A stretch of 54,142 nt of DNA from a virus (taxonomy: Duplodnaviria; Caudoviricetes), in the IMG/VR virus record IMGVR_UViG_3300022936_000002, positions 1 to 54,142 of that record. One strand, given 5' to 3'. The stretch's first letter is position 1. Each line of letters begins with the position of its first letter. The notes under the pieces are model-generated. The model was not told the DNA's origin, searched no databases, and was given only the letters and a program-made list of their open reading frames with translations. The translations under genes were made by a program, and so were the position numbers. Below are positions 17,478-27,212 of this stretch, piece after piece.

Positions 17478-17559
17478 AAAAAATCCCGCCGGAAACCTAA
17501 GTTTCTAGCGGGCGATTGGCTCGTAAGAGCGATTGACCCGTCCTAAGACGTAAAATTGT
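17478..17559 (-). promoter_or_regulatory. Conserved late leader/hairpin element upstream of scaffold (copy 2 of 2)
   Basis: Minus strand ACAATTT..GGGTCAATCGC..GCCAATCGCCCGCTAGAAA..TTTCCGGCGGGATTTTTT. Confidence 0.6.
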
Positions 17560-17624
17560 TAAGCGGACGAATCCGCTTTCAAGTAAATGCTACACCATAT
17601 CTAGTAGTGATGCAACATAAATTA

Positions 17625-17906
17625 TTAACAAGTTCTGAGGTTAGTCACGAGCCAGTTATTGGTGGCATCATTGCCCTGGCCTGCCACCGGCTTATGCAAT
17701 TGGATAATATAAAGCGAGTCGTTGCCGTCGAGGTACTGCCTAACTCGCTCGTATACGACTGCCGGTTGCTCATTCGTATTTAGTGCATACGACGATTCGG
17801 ATAGCTTCATAAAATCGTAGCTGTCGCGAACCTTGTAAAGTCCGTTATAGTCGCCTTTTTTGTGGCGTTCTGCGTTAAGGTCGTAGGTCATTAAAAGAAC
17901 TGACAT
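17625..17906 (-). CDS. Cas2/VapD-like ferredoxin-fold small protein (moron)
   Basis: LLMTYDL..YNGLYK..LSESSYAL..DGNDSLYIIQL; AGGAG RBS before ATG at 17906. Confidence 0.6.
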   Translation of the reverse strand: MSVLLMTYDLNAERHKKGDYNGLYKVRDSYDFMKLSESSYALNTNEQPAVVYERVRQYLDGNDSLYIIQLHKPVAGQGNDATNNWLVTNLRTC

Positions 17907-18349
17907 TGTTATTCTCCTGTATAAGTCAAATAGGTTAAGTAACGGCACTATTGACTTATCCAGTTGAGGCGTCGTATATTAGACACAGTTAGAGCGTCTG
18001 TTCGGCCTCTTCCAAGTCAACAGCATTTACGGTTCGCCTGCCAGCGAGCCGTTTTCATTTTACTAGAAAGTTAAGTTTTTACCTAATAAAATTAAATCCT
18101 CCTGTAGTAGCTATACTCTCCGTTGACAATCACTTGGAACGAGAAACTTAAGGTAGAATGTCATACTACCAATTCCCTCAATTCCGGTAGAAACTCTTTA
18201 TAAACATCCGGACTATCCTTCGCCACGGATCGCAGGCCGTTCGCATAAGCACGAAGGGCGCGCTCCGCCCTTTTGCGGCGAGACTCCTCGGCTACTTCAG
18301 CCAGCTTCTTAACTTTGATTGGACGCTTTAGAGACATTCAAAAAAACTT

Positions 18350-18697
18350 TCAGCAGTAGCCGGTGCGGAGCGCCTTCTGCATCCGTTCGATCAACAGGCT
18401 TACATCTCCTGCCTCCCAGACCGCGAATAGATCGGTATGATCGAAAAGACCGTCTCGCGTTTCGCATTCTAGGTCCAAACGAATTGACCTCCCGTTTGCT
18501 TGTGCGTCGGTAAGGATTTCATAAAACTCGGTGTCGTTATTGAACTCAATCGCGTCGGATATAGGCTGCACGTTCCAGTCCGCCTCGGATACAGTCTCAC
18601 CTTTGATCGCGAGGGGCCCGAAGATGCAGGGCGTGTATTTGGAGTAGACAGTCCCCGGCGGCATCTTGAGAAATTGTTCGCGGTTGATAATTTTCAT
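18350..18697 (-). CDS. Conserved phage hypothetical protein
   Basis: MKIINREQFLKMPPGTVYSKY..RDGLFD..FAVWE. Confidence 0.7.
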   Translation of the reverse strand: MKIINREQFLKMPPGTVYSKYTPCIFGPLAIKGETVSEADWNVQPISDAIEFNNDTEFYEILTDAQANGRSIRLDLECETRDGLFDHTDLFAVWEAGDVSLLIERMQKALRTGYC

Positions 18698-18715
18698 AGC
18701 TTAAATATATCGCAC

Positions 18716-18907
18716 TCACTTCCCTTTATTCTTTACGTGCGACGTCGAAATTCGCACCTTTCCGTTTCCCTGCTTGACGCCCTTAACGGCTACCTGTTGG
18801 CCGCGATAGCCGAATTCCCAGGTTGATTTGCCATTCTGTGCCGCCTTCTCGCGAACGATATCGACGGTCTTGGCGTGGATAGCTTCGTAATCGGTTGTTT
18901 TGCTCAT
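18716..18907 (-). CDS. Small basic hypothetical protein
   Basis: Coupled 63-aa ORF. Confidence 0.55.
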   Translation of the reverse strand: MSKTTDYEAIHAKTVDIVREKAAQNGKSTWEFGYRGQQVAVKGVKQGNGKVRISTSHVKNKGK

Positions 18908-18908
18908 A

Positions 18909-19274
18909 CTATCGCCTCTCTATCTCTACATCCTTTAGCCAGTCTGCTAATTGTCCTAAGACTGTCGCTACTCCATTGCCCATTCCCTGTTGTCGCGGGC
19001 TTAGTTCCTTTAACGGTTTCTCCAAGATGATGATCTTATCGACCGGCGGCGGCTGTCCTGGGTTCTGCGCCTGCCACTTGCGGAGCGCGCGCGGAATAGT
19101 CACGCCTTCGATGATCCCGTAATCGCCGTCAAACCACTTCGCTACCTCTGCGGATGCGTCAGACCACGGGAGATGCTTCGTTTCGTCGGTCGAGCGGCCA
19201 CCGCCAAGGGATGCGGCTAAAGTGGTCTTGCCGGTGCCTGGACCGCCGATGATCAACGTTCTATTTCCCGACAT
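18909..19274 (-). CDS. Small P-loop NTPase/kinase-like protein
   Basis: TLIIGGPGTGKTT Walker A; GIIEG Walker-B-like; overlaps portal 3' end. Confidence 0.75.
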   Translation of the reverse strand: MSGNRTLIIGGPGTGKTTLAASLGGGRSTDETKHLPWSDASAEVAKWFDGDYGIIEGVTIPRALRKWQAQNPGQPPPVDKIIILEKPLKELSPRQQGMGNGVATVLGQLADWLKDVEIERR

Positions 19275-20760
19275 AAGCCTCCGTTGCCAATTCGGTCGCT
19301 ATCTCGCTCCGGCGCTTCTCGTCTATCCCGAGGTACATTAGCCGGTCGTCAAGCGGTAGTATCCCCGTCGCTTTTGCCACATTATCTAGCTTCTTGCCGT
19401 ACAGTTCCGCGTCTTCCACCTCCGTATTCTGTACGAGTACGCTGCGCTTAATGTGGAAATCAAGCTGCCCTTGGCTGTACGAGTCGAGGTTAAACGGCGC
19501 GAATACGGACTGCTGCTTCGTGCCCTGCTTCCAGTCCTTGGTACGCATACCGGCCACGGCGATCCCCATCTGCCTTAGTTTGGTCAGTTGGTTGTTATAG
19601 CCGGATTGCACGCCGTCGAGGCGGTTCTGGGCGGGCCCAAGCATCCTTTCGAGTGCGGCGCCGGACAGTTGCGAGTTCTCGCGGATGATCGAGTTAGCCT
19701 GGAGTTCGGGGTAGTCGTTTTCGAAGCTGTCGAGCTGACGCTTTAGCTCCGGCGATGCGGCCGTGATATCGAGCAGGCCCGAAAGGTCGGACACGCTCGC
19801 GCCCTCTTCTGTTTTGAGCACTACCCAATTTAACCGGGGGTCTTCGGGCGTGATGATACCGGTTTCCTTATTTCTCGTACCGCCGATAATCGGCACGATC
19901 TCACCCTTCGTAGAAATGACCTTCGGTGATTCAATAGCCTTATGGATGTAATCGTCGAGGTGGCTCGCGAGTGAATTGACGTTATCGATCTTGTTGTAGT
20001 CCTTGCACGCCGGCAGTCCGTTGTCGGCGCCGTCGTCGTTGTGCTTTATCCAGACCGCGAACACGAAGCCGTAGGGATTCTCCTCGACCGCTTCAGTCTG
20101 CCCGGGCGGGACAAAAGGTTTATCGTTCCGGAAGTACGCGCGCTTCTCCTTATCGACTACCTGTTTATAGCGATAGGTCTTTTTCAGATCGGAATCCCAT
20201 ACGTCATATTCGAGTGTATAAGCCAGAACGTCGCCCGATGCCGATAACTCCAATTCCTTCACATATCCCGGCCAGATGGTCTTATGCGTGACCTTCTCGC
20301 GGTCGAGATCATCTATCCCCTCGATGAGCACGTTGCCGGTTGCTGCGGCGTACCGCTTCACGATCTGCATATCTGACAGCCAGTTTCCCCACTGGTCCAG
20401 TTGTGCGACCGCGCCCTTGATCTTATCGTCGGTGTTATTGGTCAGCGGCGTAACGAGTGATTCGAATACTGGATCATTCGCGGGTTGCCAGATGTTATCA
20501 ACGTAGAAATCGACGATCTGCGGCACCGGGTTATAGATGAGCCGGGTATGCTTGTACAGTTCCCTTGCCGCGAGATACGCCACCCACGCCGTCACATCGT
20601 CCCGTCGGGAAAACATCGTCGAGCGGTAATACGCCCAGCACATCGAAAAGAATTCGATCTTCTGCTCCTGCGACATATTACGAATGACGCTCTCGGGGTC
20701 GGTAAACGCCTTATACGCTGCTTGAAATGCCATAGTTGTCCTTTGCCAAAGTGTTGCCAT
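19261..20760 (-). CDS. Portal protein
   Basis: 499 aa directly after TerL; YNPVPQIVD, ENPYGFV, LSGAAL motifs (SPP1-like). Confidence 0.85.
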   Translation of the reverse strand: MATLWQRTTMAFQAAYKAFTDPESVIRNMSQEQKIEFFSMCWAYYRSTMFSRRDDVTAWVAYLAARELYKHTRLIYNPVPQIVDFYVDNIWQPANDPVFESLVTPLTNNTDDKIKGAVAQLDQWGNWLSDMQIVKRYAAATGNVLIEGIDDLDREKVTHKTIWPGYVKELELSASGDVLAYTLEYDVWDSDLKKTYRYKQVVDKEKRAYFRNDKPFVPPGQTEAVEENPYGFVFAVWIKHNDDGADNGLPACKDYNKIDNVNSLASHLDDYIHKAIESPKVISTKGEIVPIIGGTRNKETGIITPEDPRLNWVVLKTEEGASVSDLSGLLDITAASPELKRQLDSFENDYPELQANSIIRENSQLSGAALERMLGPAQNRLDGVQSGYNNQLTKLRQMGIAVAGMRTKDWKQGTKQQSVFAPFNLDSYSQGQLDFHIKRSVLVQNTEVEDAELYGKKLDNVAKATGILPLDDRLMYLGIDEKRRSEIATELATEAYVGK

Positions 20761-22044
20761 TTAGTTCATGCTCATTCCGCGAAATGCGGCTTGCTCGCGG
20801 TCGGTGACTTCGAAGGGCCGAAGCTGTGTCTCTATCCCGTATCTCATGGCATCCATAAGATGGTTAACCGCGTCGACGGGTTCATCGTCCATAAATCGAC
20901 CGTCCTTTTCCTTCCACGAATAATTTTGGATCTCGCGGAATAAGTCTTTCCCGCCAGCGACGAGTTTCAGGTTGTACTTCTTGACTGCGTTAATGCCCTC
21001 GACTACCGATCCTTTGTATTTCGTGCAGGCCTTTACGTTGAATCCCGCCTGTTTCAGGTCCTCGATCATCTCCGGCCGTGACGAGTCCGCGATGATATAT
21101 TTCTTGCGGTCGACGCCAAGGTTATTCATTCTGTCGATCAACATGGTCGACGTCAGGTGCGTCTCGTATAAGAGCTCTTTTACGAAGTAATCCTTTTTGA
21201 GCGAATTGAAGTTATCCTGCACGGCACCGGCGATAAGCGCACAAGGATGGTTGAAGCCAAAGTCCAGGCCGTAGAATTGAGCCTCGGGCATATCCGACTC
21301 GGGCGCATAGTCCGGATATATAAGGCCTTCCGAGTTCTGTCCCCATTCTCCAAGTCCATAGACCTTGTAATAGTTCGGATTCGTGTCTTTAAGAGCCTCG
21401 ATGGCGGGCGCATAGTTCGGGTCAACGGCCAGCATCTTTTCGTTATCGCGATAGGTCGATTTGAAAATGTAGTGTGCCGCCGGCCGGTTCTGGTGTATCT
21501 CGGTATTCAGCCAGTGATGGACGTTTATAGGGTTATAGCTGAGCGTGATCTGCACTTCATCGAATCCGCGAAGCCTTAGCCGAAGCTGGTCCAATTCGTT
21601 CTGCGATGTGAGCTCCGTAGCCTCCTCGATCCAGATACGATCGACTCCGGAGATAGACTTCACCTTTTCGATATCGTCGAGCCCCAGGAAGATGAACGTA
21701 ACACCGGTTATCTTATTCGTGATCTGCAGCGGGCTTTTCAGGATATCGAAACAGTCGTCGAGATTCCATTCGTAGATAACGGTTTTAAGCTCCGAATAGC
21801 AGCTATCCTTGAGCGTATTGAAGACTTTGCGGACAACAAGGGTCTTACGGTTCCTTCGGTGAGACTGGAAGCTTAGAGCGGTCTCCTTTTGGGCTTCGAA
21901 ACGCGACTTACCCGAACCCGCCGAACCGAACAGGTGAAGGAATTCCGACTTGTTTGCAAACAGCGGGATATACGCGCGGTTGTAGTTGCGCGGGTCGCTG
22001 AAGTCGAAGGTCTTCACTTTCTCTATTTGGGCGTTTTGGGTCAT
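20761..22044 (-). CDS. terL: Terminase large subunit (PBSX family)
   Basis: GSAGSGKS, GLDDIEKVKS, IWIEEATE, GLDFGFNHP, NHLMDAMRY. Confidence 0.95.
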   Translation of the reverse strand: MTQNAQIEKVKTFDFSDPRNYNRAYIPLFANKSEFLHLFGSAGSGKSRFEAQKETALSFQSHRRNRKTLVVRKVFNTLKDSCYSELKTVIYEWNLDDCFDILKSPLQITNKITGVTFIFLGLDDIEKVKSISGVDRIWIEEATELTSQNELDQLRLRLRGFDEVQITLSYNPINVHHWLNTEIHQNRPAAHYIFKSTYRDNEKMLAVDPNYAPAIEALKDTNPNYYKVYGLGEWGQNSEGLIYPDYAPESDMPEAQFYGLDFGFNHPCALIAGAVQDNFNSLKKDYFVKELLYETHLTSTMLIDRMNNLGVDRKKYIIADSSRPEMIEDLKQAGFNVKACTKYKGSVVEGINAVKKYNLKLVAGGKDLFREIQNYSWKEKDGRFMDDEPVDAVNHLMDAMRYGIETQLRPFEVTDREQAAFRGMSMN

Positions 22045-22090
22045 TTGTTAAACACTTAAAAGTGTTTTGCCGTGTTTCTGAGCACTTGTG

Positions 22091-22567
22091 TTAAACATTT
22101 TCGCTGTTTTCGGTCGTATCAGTGGGTAGAATTACCCGCGTTGCCGTCTCTATCGGCCCGCCGTCCTTGCCGGTATGCTCTAAAGTTTCCTTCGGCTTGC
22201 CGAGCGTTCGGTTAAGCATTGAATCGATCGCGCGATTGTCCGGCGGTATTTCTGTAATACTGTAGTAGCTTTCTCCCACCATCCCGCTGCCGCCGTCGTT
22301 CCCGTCGAGTACGCTCTTGATTTCGTCGGCGTTGGTAACAAGCGTGTGGACCCGTTTCTTCTTGCCGTTGTCATCTTCCTCTTCATCTACCCGAAAGATG
22401 CGCACAGAGCCCACAGCAAGCGACAACTGAGCCGTGAACAATGCGTCGGCATGGGTAAGCACGCGCTGGTTGAAAGCCTCGGCAACCTTAAGTTTCTCCA
22501 AGGTCTTTCGGCTCTTCCGGCCCTTCGGTCGTCCGGCGTTCGCTCTTTGTCCTCCGTGTTCACTCAT
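22091..22567 (-). CDS. terS: Terminase small subunit
   Basis: GGQRANAGRPKG N-terminus; EHTGKDGGPI C-terminus; upstream of terL. Confidence 0.75.
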   Translation of the reverse strand: MSEHGGQRANAGRPKGRKSRKTLEKLKVAEAFNQRVLTHADALFTAQLSLAVGSVRIFRVDEEEDDNGKKKRVHTLVTNADEIKSVLDGNDGGSGMVGESYYSITEIPPDNRAIDSMLNRTLGKPKETLEHTGKDGGPIETATRVILPTDTTENSENV

Positions 22568-22716
22568 AATCTAAACTTGAATCTATTTTCAAGAATTCAA
22601 TCGGCGTCGAAACTCCTTGTAGCTCACCTTCCCGCACCGGCTGCAGACCGTTAGATTGGACTTGCCTACCCTTCTCAACATTCCCTTGCAGTGTCCGTAG
22701 GTCGTCGGGCTGTTAT

Positions 22717-23097
22717 TTATGTTCTCCACGTCTTTACCTCTTGAATCAGCTTCTCGAGGTCGTAAGGCTTCTGGTAGATCTTTCTTACGCCTACCCTGTC
22801 GGCCACGTTTTGAACCGTCGCATCAACTTCGCATCCGGTAATAAAGGCGATATCAACCGGCCTGCGTGTCGGGTGGATCTCCTCGTTAAGCCTGATCTGC
22901 TCCGCGATGGTGAGGCCGTCGAGGATCGGCAGCGACAGGTCGAGCAGTATCACGTCGATATCGGCCTGGTCCGTGTCGAGATACCGAAGTGCTTTGAGGC
23001 CATCCGTGTAAACGACAGTTTCGACGCCTTCACTTTCCGCGATGTGGCGGAATAAAACAGATAGATCGTTATCGTCGTCAACAAATACTACTTTCAC
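22717..23097 (-). CDS. Single-domain response regulator (CheY-like receiver)
   Basis: FVDDD, ILLDLSLPILDG (phospho-Asp), FITG, QKPY all intact. Confidence 0.92.
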   Translation of the reverse strand: MKVVFVDDDNDLSVLFRHIAESEGVETVVYTDGLKALRYLDTDQADIDVILLDLSLPILDGLTIAEQIRLNEEIHPTRRPVDIAFITGCEVDATVQNVADRVGVRKIYQKPYDLEKLIQEVKTWRT

Positions 23098-23495
23098 TTT
23101 TTGCCCTCTAATTCTGCCTGGAGCCGGAAGTTCGCTTTCTTGATCTGCTCGTTGTCGCGTTCAAGATCCTTCTTCGCTTCCTTGTACTCATTGTTCGAGT
23201 TCTTCAAGTCGATGATCTGCGATGCGCGGGCATCTGCCAGATCTTTCCAGGTATCGCGGTTCTGTTTGACCTGCTCAATATCCTTTGCTTTGAACACGTA
23301 CCAGACCACGCCTGCCACGATAACCAGCCACCCGATTATTTGAGCGATTAGGTTGATCGTGTGCAGGGATTGTTCTGTCTGGTTGACGGCCGGCGGGCCC
23401 TGCCCGATCACGATCGAGCGGAACGCCAGTATAAAGACGCCCGACAAAAACAGGGCCCAGGGTTTACGTAGGAGTTTTTTCATTAGTAGCTTCAT
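23094..23495 (-). CDS. Membrane protein with coiled coil (holin/spanin-like)
   Basis: Two hydrophobic segments followed by a coiled coil; in the lysis region. Confidence 0.55.
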   Translation of the reverse strand: MKLLMKKLLRKPWALFLSGVFILAFRSIVIGQGPPAVNQTEQSLHTINLIAQIIGWLVIVAGVVWYVFKAKDIEQVKQNRDTWKDLADARASQIIDLKNSNNEYKEAKKDLERDNEQIKKANFRLQAELEGKK

Positions 23496-23517
23496 TCTGC
23501 TCGGCTCTTGCTTTGGG

Positions 23518-23709
23518 CTATCTCAATACTTCCGGCGCCTTCGGTAAGTCTTTGCCGGTTAAGATGGCCTTGAGCAGTTGTGCCGCGTAAACGAGCGATG
23601 CACCGATAGCGTCATCCTTGCCCGTGTCGTTCTCGTCGCGGTTCTTGTATTCGATCCCTGCCATTTCGAGCATCGGGAGTAGGAATGTTAAAAGGGTTTT
23701 CCAGTTCAT
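23518..23709 (-). CDS. Hypothetical protein
   Basis: AGGAG RBS; 63 aa. Confidence 0.6.
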   Translation of the reverse strand: MNWKTLLTFLLPMLEMAGIEYKNRDENDTGKDDAIGASLVYAAQLLKAILTGKDLPKAPEVLR

Positions 23710-23873
23710 AGTTGTTATCTCCTGTTAGTTAGTTAAAAGTCTGTAAGCCAAAAATATTAGTAGCCCGATCACGAACACCGCCCCTGCGACAAAGACCTTC
23801 TGCCCCACCGTCAGGTCGTGGTAGAGGCTGAATATCTTTTGTATTGTTGTAGGGTTGGTCAAACTCATCGGTT

Positions 23874-23945
23874 TATTTAGGAGCGGGTCTTATCGCTCGC
23901 CTCGGTCGCTCGTCTGCTCAATTTGCGCCTCTCAAGGCGCTCACC
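23874..23945 (+). repeat. Dispersed ~70-bp cassette-end-like element
   Basis: TATTTAGGAGC..GCGCC-TCTCAA-GGCGC-TCACC. Confidence 0.7.
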
Positions 23946-24158
23946 TCAGTTCTGCGCCTGCTCGCCCTTCCGTCGCCAGTACGGATTGACCATCGAAAAA
24001 TAATGCTGAAATGACGAATGTTCCGGGCAGAAATACGTGACGTTCCCGCGATAATTAAACGCCTCTTTTTCTTTTCCGCAGTGGCCGCAGACCGTTTGGC
24101 GCATAAACGCTTCGGCCTCGTTCTCTGCTGTTGCTTGTTTACTTAAGTTTCTCGCCAT
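23946..24158 (-). CDS. Small Zn-finger hypothetical protein
   Basis: CGHC..CPEH; GGAG RBS. Confidence 0.55.
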   Translation of the reverse strand: MARNLSKQATAENEAEAFMRQTVCGHCGKEKEAFNYRGNVTYFCPEHSSFQHYFSMVNPYWRRKGEQAQN

Positions 24159-25078
24159 TCTCCCTCTCGCCTCCTACAAAACGTCGGCGTCTAAAATATC
24201 CAGATCATCGTGCGGTATGGTCATCACAGCTTCACCCGTATCCGAATTTACCAGTGATACACTGATTTGAAGTGATGGGTATTTAGCCGCCAAATTTGCG
24301 AGCTTTACCGTAAATTCTTCGTCTTCTTTTGAAGGTGCCATAGTTTCCCTCTCGTCTCTTTTTAACCGAGTAACCATAAAGGCCAGCAAAATATCCAGAA
24401 TATCCGCTCTTTATGCGTGAACGGTTCCTTTATCCACCGTGCCTCTTCGTGCTGTTTTCTCGCCTCCCCTGATATGCAAAGACCGAAAAACAAATAACCC
24501 ATAATCGCCACGCTCAATAAGATGGTATTGCCCATATTCTCCTTTTTATGTACCGCCGGGAATTCTCGACCAAGACAACCCCGGCGGCACGGCACAACGC
24601 TGTATCGTTGCCTCTCTCTGGCTTTCCAGAAGTGAATTGAGGAAGGGGCTCACGGCTGCTGTCCTGTCGGGGTGCCGTTGCTCATCCTTACGGGGTAGAG
24701 CCTTCCTCAAACTTGTTAAACTTTTTTAATTGGCTATTGAAATATTCCTGCTCTTCTTTCGAGTAGGTTCGCTCAGCGATAACCTTGCCGCCGACCGCAG
24801 TTTTTCTCGTCACAGTTCCATCGGCGTTCGCTTCGAAGGAAAAGGTGCGAACGGACTCTCCTTCTTTTGAATGGCCGTCCCGTATCAATCGAATTTTTAG
24901 CCACATTAGAGCGATAACGTATAGCCCGATCAATAAGGTGATTGTGATTAATGCGTTTCGTGCTTCTTGGTTCATCTTCTCTCTCCAAATATCCCCTCTA
25001 TCATCCTGTACGCCAGTTCCGGCATCATCGGTAAGCAGGCGATGAAAAGTAAAAGTAATATGGCGGGGGTGTGGTTCA

Positions 25079-26059
25079 TTATTTTTGGTATTTTGTCTCG
25101 GGTTCCTCGCCGATCTCTGCCACAAGTTCTGCTCTTAAATCTCTCCGCATTAGCGATGTCGGTATCGTCTCGCCGTCCAGTACGGTCTTGTCGGTTGTAA
25201 GTACGGGGCTGTTTCGGGTCGGGTCCGATTTCAGGTGCATCGCCTCGGTGACGAACGCCCAGACCTTCTCGCGGTTGGAGATAATCAATTTGCCGAATTG
25301 CCACAGAGCAATGCCGAGGATCGCGCCCAGTACGAACTTCGCCCAATCGGGAATGCCTGAAACCCACGCCGTGACATTTGCAAGGCTTATCCCGCCGACA
25401 ATACGCAGCCAAAGACTTTTATCCTTGGCGGCATCGGGGATGTACTGGATAAACGGCTTATCTTCGACCGGAGGCGTTATATCTCCAGTATTGATGATCT
25501 GGTCAGCGTTTTGTTCCAATGGAGTTGCGCCTGCCTCGGGGGTCTCGTCAGAAGATTCGGGCAAGATTTCTGCGGGAGTATTTGCGGTTGCTGCGGGGGC
25601 AGGCGCGGAGATTTTTACGGTTTCTTTGACCGCTTTATCGAAGCCCAGGCTCCACGGCTTTGTCGAGTCGTAGAGTTTCGGGTCAGAGTTAACCGAGATA
25701 TGCGCGTGATGGTCGTGCGGGTTCTTTCCGGTGTACGGCTTCCACCTTTGGAGGTCGCTTCCCGCCACGGTTATACGCTTTTCGTAAATGATGTACTTTA
25801 CCCGCGGGTCTTTGCTTGCGCGGATCGCGGACACGATAGCTTCGATAGAATGAATGTTGCTTGCCAGATCCTCGTCGATGTCGATCGCCGTCACTACTCC
25901 CACGCCGTGCTTATCCTTTACCCACGGATTATGGTCCGAGTTTCGAGAGGCGTGCGCGGCGTCGCCTATGCCGCCGTCACTCGACTTGTCGCGGTTGGGA
26001 TATTGCTCATTTATTTGAGCGCGTAATTGTTTGAGCGATTCTGCGATTCTCCAAGCCAT
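25079..26059 (-). CDS. Endolysin-like peptidase with C-terminal transmembrane segments
   Basis: DGGIGDAAH..SDHNP..AIDID..YTGKNPHDHHAHISV Zn-peptidase motifs, Pro/Ala linker, two hydrophobic helices. Confidence 0.75.
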   Translation of the reverse strand: MAWRIAESLKQLRAQINEQYPNRDKSSDGGIGDAAHASRNSDHNPWVKDKHGVGVVTAIDIDEDLASNIHSIEAIVSAIRASKDPRVKYIIYEKRITVAGSDLQRWKPYTGKNPHDHHAHISVNSDPKLYDSTKPWSLGFDKAVKETVKISAPAPAATANTPAEILPESSDETPEAGATPLEQNADQIINTGDITPPVEDKPFIQYIPDAAKDKSLWLRIVGGISLANVTAWVSGIPDWAKFVLGAILGIALWQFGKLIISNREKVWAFVTEAMHLKSDPTRNSPVLTTDKTVLDGETIPTSLMRRDLRAELVAEIGEEPETKYQK

Positions 26060-26234
26060 AATGTTGATTCCAATAAAAAAGACACCAAACGATCCCCTTC
26101 GGTTTTGAAGGTTCTCGCAAGGTGCCGTGGTCTTGCACGCGCCTTCCATCTTCTCTAGGGGGCGCATCAGCGAACTGAATTAATTAATATAATATCGTTT
26201 TACACTATATAATGTCTATCAAATTTTCTCGGGC

Positions 26235-26624
26235 TCAATCCATTGTGCTTACCACTCCCGGAAACTTCGCGGTGGGACTTGGCAGGTAGTCGTCCGGTAT
26301 GTCAGAAAAACTAACTGCGTACACTTTGGCCTTTTGGTCATCGTCGAAACGGACGTTATAAATATTCCTTGCTTTTTTCAGCATCTCCCTGTACGAAATT
26401 GTCTGATTCTCGAATTGGCAATAGATCATATCGTCAACCACGGAATATAGGTAAACATCGACATCATTCAAATGCTCGACAAATGAACCTACAATCGTGG
26501 CGTTCTGCGAGTTCTTGCCAACGAAAAGTATGGGATAATCGTGATACAGAAGTTCCTCATAATCTTTAGCAATAAGCGCGGTCTTATGATCGGAAATGAG
26601 TTGGTTTTCAGCAGGAATCCACAT
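26235..26624 (-). CDS. Hypothetical protein (DUF6575-like), AT-rich moron
   Basis: YHDYPILF..IPDDYLP. Confidence 0.55.
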   Translation of the reverse strand: MWIPAENQLISDHKTALIAKDYEELLYHDYPILFVGKNSQNATIVGSFVEHLNDVDVYLYSVVDDMIYCQFENQTISYREMLKKARNIYNVRFDDDQKAKVYAVSFSDIPDDYLPSPTAKFPGVVSTMD

Positions 26625-26647
26625 AGCTTATTATCTCACAAAACCCT

Positions 26648-26851
26648 TTATTTATCTAGGTTTAATGGCTTTTCTATCTTTCCGTGAGGAAAGTAATCGC
26701 TAGGAAAAACCCTCTTACAAATCGGACATAAAAGTTTGACCGAAACTTGTACAATCGCAGTCCCGCGCTCCAACGCCGCTACCGAGTCGGCAGACGGCGG
26801 GATTATTTCGTGCTCGCATTTGGAGCATTTGAAGGGGCGGGGGTCGGGCAT
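26648..26851 (-). CDS. Small Zn-ribbon protein (possible late regulator)
   Basis: CSKC..CPIC; last gene of the early leftward operon. Confidence 0.5.
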   Translation of the reverse strand: MPDPRPFKCSKCEHEIIPPSADSVAALERGTAIVQVSVKLLCPICKRVFPSDYFPHGKIEKPLNLDK

Positions 26852-26856
26852 AAAAA

Positions 26857-27210
26857 TTAGATAGTTTTCACGTATTCAATTATTGCTTTACAAGTCTCGA
26901 TGTCGGACTGTCCGATGTGGATCTCGCGCCCGAATTTCTCCATCAGCCAGATATAGACTTCCTTTCGTTTCTTCTTACCGGACTGCCATATCGGGTCGAT
27001 AGCTTCGTGCGCCTTTTTCCGCAAGTCTCGCAGCTCCTTGTTCGCTAACGTGCCGAGAGGTTTGGTCGTATTGTTGTGACAGCCAACGTATGCACCGCAC
27101 GGGCGGCATAGCCAGATCATCGAACTCTTACCGTAGCTGCGCCCGTACACTTCGGCGTTATCCACCCATTCGGCAGGGTTCGAGCAATAAGGGCAAATTA
27201 CTTCTTCCAT
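26857..27210 (-). CDS. DUF3268-like zinc-finger protein
   Basis: CPYC..WLCRPCGAYVGCH..PLGTLANKELR. Confidence 0.85.
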   Translation of the reverse strand: MEEVICPYCSNPAEWVDNAEVYGRSYGKSSMIWLCRPCGAYVGCHNNTTKPLGTLANKELRDLRKKAHEAIDPIWQSGKKKRKEVYIWLMEKFGREIHIGQSDIETCKAIIEYVKTI

Positions 27211-27212
27211 CG

